Below are positions 61,795 to 64,000 of a stretch of 64,000 nt of DNA, one piece after another. The stretch is taken from assembly GCA_963693365.1 (NCBI GenBank), contig CAVNZM010000009.1, positions 9,437,116-9,501,115 of the forward strand, given 5' to 3'. The stretch's first letter is position 1, and each line of letters begins with the position of its first letter. The notes under the pieces are model-generated. The model saw nothing but the letters and a program-made list of their open reading frames with translations. It was not told where the DNA came from and did not search any database. The translations under genes and the position numbers were made by a program. Origin of the DNA: Amoebidium appalachense (Eukaryota; Protista; Ichthyosporea).

Positions 61795-62842
61795 ATGGAT
61801 TCTTTGAAAGAGGAGCTTCAACAGCTGCAGAAGCGCTTTGATTTTCTGTACACGGACCATTCGTCTCGCTTAACGGCCCTGCACACCGACCTCATCAGCC
61901 TCCGCAGTCAAGTGACCAATGAGAATGCTGCGCGTACCCCCCGACCCCCCCAACCCCAGCCCTCTGATGTAGAGGCACGACTGAGGGCAGCCGAAAAGCA
62001 GATCAAGACCCTGCAGGCCGAGCTTGCCAGCCTGCAACGGGCTGCAGCACCCCACCGGGATGGCCAGGTGGCCTATGAAAACTACATTTTCAGTGGCCCT
62101 TGCAAGACTACCCCTGTGGCCATGACCACCACTGTGACTGCCCCCCCCCTGCCGGCAAGACCACCACTGTGACTGCCCCCACCCCCTGCCGCCAAGACCG
62201 CCCCTGTGACTGCCCCCACCCCTGCCGCCAAGACCGCCCCTGTGACTGCCCCCACCCCTGCCGCCAAGACCACTCCTGCCAAGACCACCCCTACCACCAA
62301 GACCACTCCTGCCAAGACCACCCCTACCACCAAGACCACTCCTGCCAAGACCACCCCTGCCGCTAAGCCCAGGCCCAAGCACACCAAAACACCTGAGACT
62401 TCGTTGCATGACCATACGATGGACCTCGATGCACAGCTAACTAGTGTGAGGGGGGAGCTCCAGAATGCTCGAGAGCGTGTCAAAGAGGCAAAGGCGGCTG
62501 AAGATGAAATAGCGGAGGGCCTGGCCCATGCTGCTGTGTGTGCAGCCCAAAACACCATAAAAAGCATCCGAAGGAAGATTCTGCGACGGGAGAAGAACTT
62601 GAAGGCATACACAGGTGGTAATGAGTCTGTCTCTTCACCTGCCTCACCCGCCAAACGCGTCCATGATCAATGTGATTGGGGCTCAGATGAAGCATTCAAC
62701 CCCAAGCGGCTCAAACGACGGGCAAATCAGGTACTCGATGATATGACAGATGACGAATCTGCGTCTGATCGTGAGTCGGTCTTGTATGACCGCAAACTGT
62801 TATTTTGTGTGGGTAAACGGAGAAGCAGAGAGCACAAATGGG
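61795..62842 (+). pseudogene. Intronless coiled-coil protein with TAP/KTT repeats; 1-bp frameshift at 62141-62149, truncated by a copia LTR
   Basis: ORFs 61795..62172 and 62206..62850 join if the C9 run is restored to the CCCCCACCCC seen in neighbouring repeat units. Heptad-rich segments; TATAAAA at ~61693; the stop lies inside the LTR. Confidence 0.7.
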
Positions 62843-64000
62843 TGTTATGATATACACAACACAGAGACACACGGGAGAAACACAACCGGAGAGGAGGAAC
62901 GATTTCTGGAACCATAGGAAATGAATACGACCTCTTATGATTTATTTCAAGATGAGGTCCCTTTTATACTTGGGAATGTGAAACGATAAACCAATCAAAA
63001 GAACGAAAACTATGAGTGTAAAATATATCGATTAAAATGTCTGTCGACACATAGAATATAAAACTCAATCCTCTAATGAAAGAAACTTCTAAAAAGCACG
63101 GAAACATTTAATAAAATGAAACCACTTCATAAGTTATGTAACTATTAATTCATAACATACATTTATACATGTTCTTATCATAACACGTCTAAATATAATT
63201 ATTCCTAATAGTTGAAGAACATAGCACAATGCTACGTCGTGGGAAAGGAATGAGAAAGGAATGTAAGTTACTATATTTGGGAAAATACAAACGAGATATG
63301 ATTGGATGACATATATAGATTTTGACGCAAACGACAATACGTGTGCGCGAGCTAAGTATGTCGATACGTACACAGATCTAAGATGTCGTGTACACGGAAA
63401 CGGAAAGGAAAGAAAGAAATGGAGAAAGGAAAAGGAAACAAACTACAACAACTAATAAATAAATACAAAACTCAACTTTTAAGTCTTGCTGAGAATCAAG
63501 TGAAGATGACATCCCCACTCAAGGGTTGGAAGTTGGGTTCTCGTGAAGTTTGTTGATGTGACTGTTGATGTTAAGACTCTCACACATGTAGAAGCAGGTG
63601 CCGTGAAGTCACAGTCAAGTTTCCCCACTCGAGAAGACAATTGGAGAAGACTTGGAGGTGCAAGCCGGGGAAGAAAACCAAAACGGAAGAAGCACACAAC
63701 GACGGTTGCCTCTGAAGACTCGGAAGATGACGGTAGCCAATGACGATATATAAATATATATAGAAGAAACAACTAGTGTATGTGTGACGTGTTGGTGGCT
63801 AATGATTTATACATTATATATATGATGGTATATAAATAAACGACGGATGGTGGAGAAGAAATCCCCACTGAAGATGCACACACTGAAGATCGATGAAGAC
63901 AGCAGTAGACTTTCGTTGGGAGGTGTCTCTACACGGTGATGTGTAGACCACTGGCCAGTGCCCCAACCTACTTGAAGACCACTGTAGATGAACCGGGGGG
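62843..64000 (-). mobile_element. 3' end of copia family 3 element: 3' LTR 62843-63511, PPT and 3' internal region running out of the window
   Basis: tgttatga...gaagatgaca followed by tccccactcaag, the same PPT type as family 1. Further PPT-like boxes at 63622 and 63862. Homologous to 57291-57720. Confidence 0.85.

Noticed and set aside
63543-63743. Antisense basic/acidic mini-ORF in the family 3 copia 3' region
   Set aside because: Short, no ATG start, and no recognisable domain.

Overview
Eukaryotic, intron-rich, repeat-dense DNA with very long (CA)n/(GA)n microsatellites and G/C homopolymer runs, probably from a protist. An animal-type initiator-tRNA match and the extracellular domain repertoire suggest a unicellular holozoan, but this is inference only. 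Mobile elements: one complete, very young Ty1/copia LTR retrotransposon (3478-10249, minus, TSD ACACC); pieces of two other copia LTR families; a PIF/Harbinger deletion derivative; a MITE; and an unclassified unit of tandem repeats plus a coiled-coil ORF. Host genes, all on the minus strand: C-terminal fragments of a UBR1-like E3 ligase hit by the copia; a large multi-exon putative type I membrane protein; a frameshifted BAH-domain fragment; a secreted PA14-Calx-like-VWD-C8-EGF protein; and an intact, intronless 992-aa surface protein. That last protein is the best candidate for something new. It looks like a zona-pellucida (ZP)/FRAS1-C-terminal-type module with a furin site, a TM helix and a PDZ-type tail, carrying an inserted 14-Cys repeat array, next to a VWD-C8 gene. 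Other highlights are extended, bipartite pairing of the copia RNAs to the 5' half of initiator tRNA, and a copia insertion that rebuilds the splice acceptor it landed in. All domain calls are by-eye motif recognition; no searches were run.
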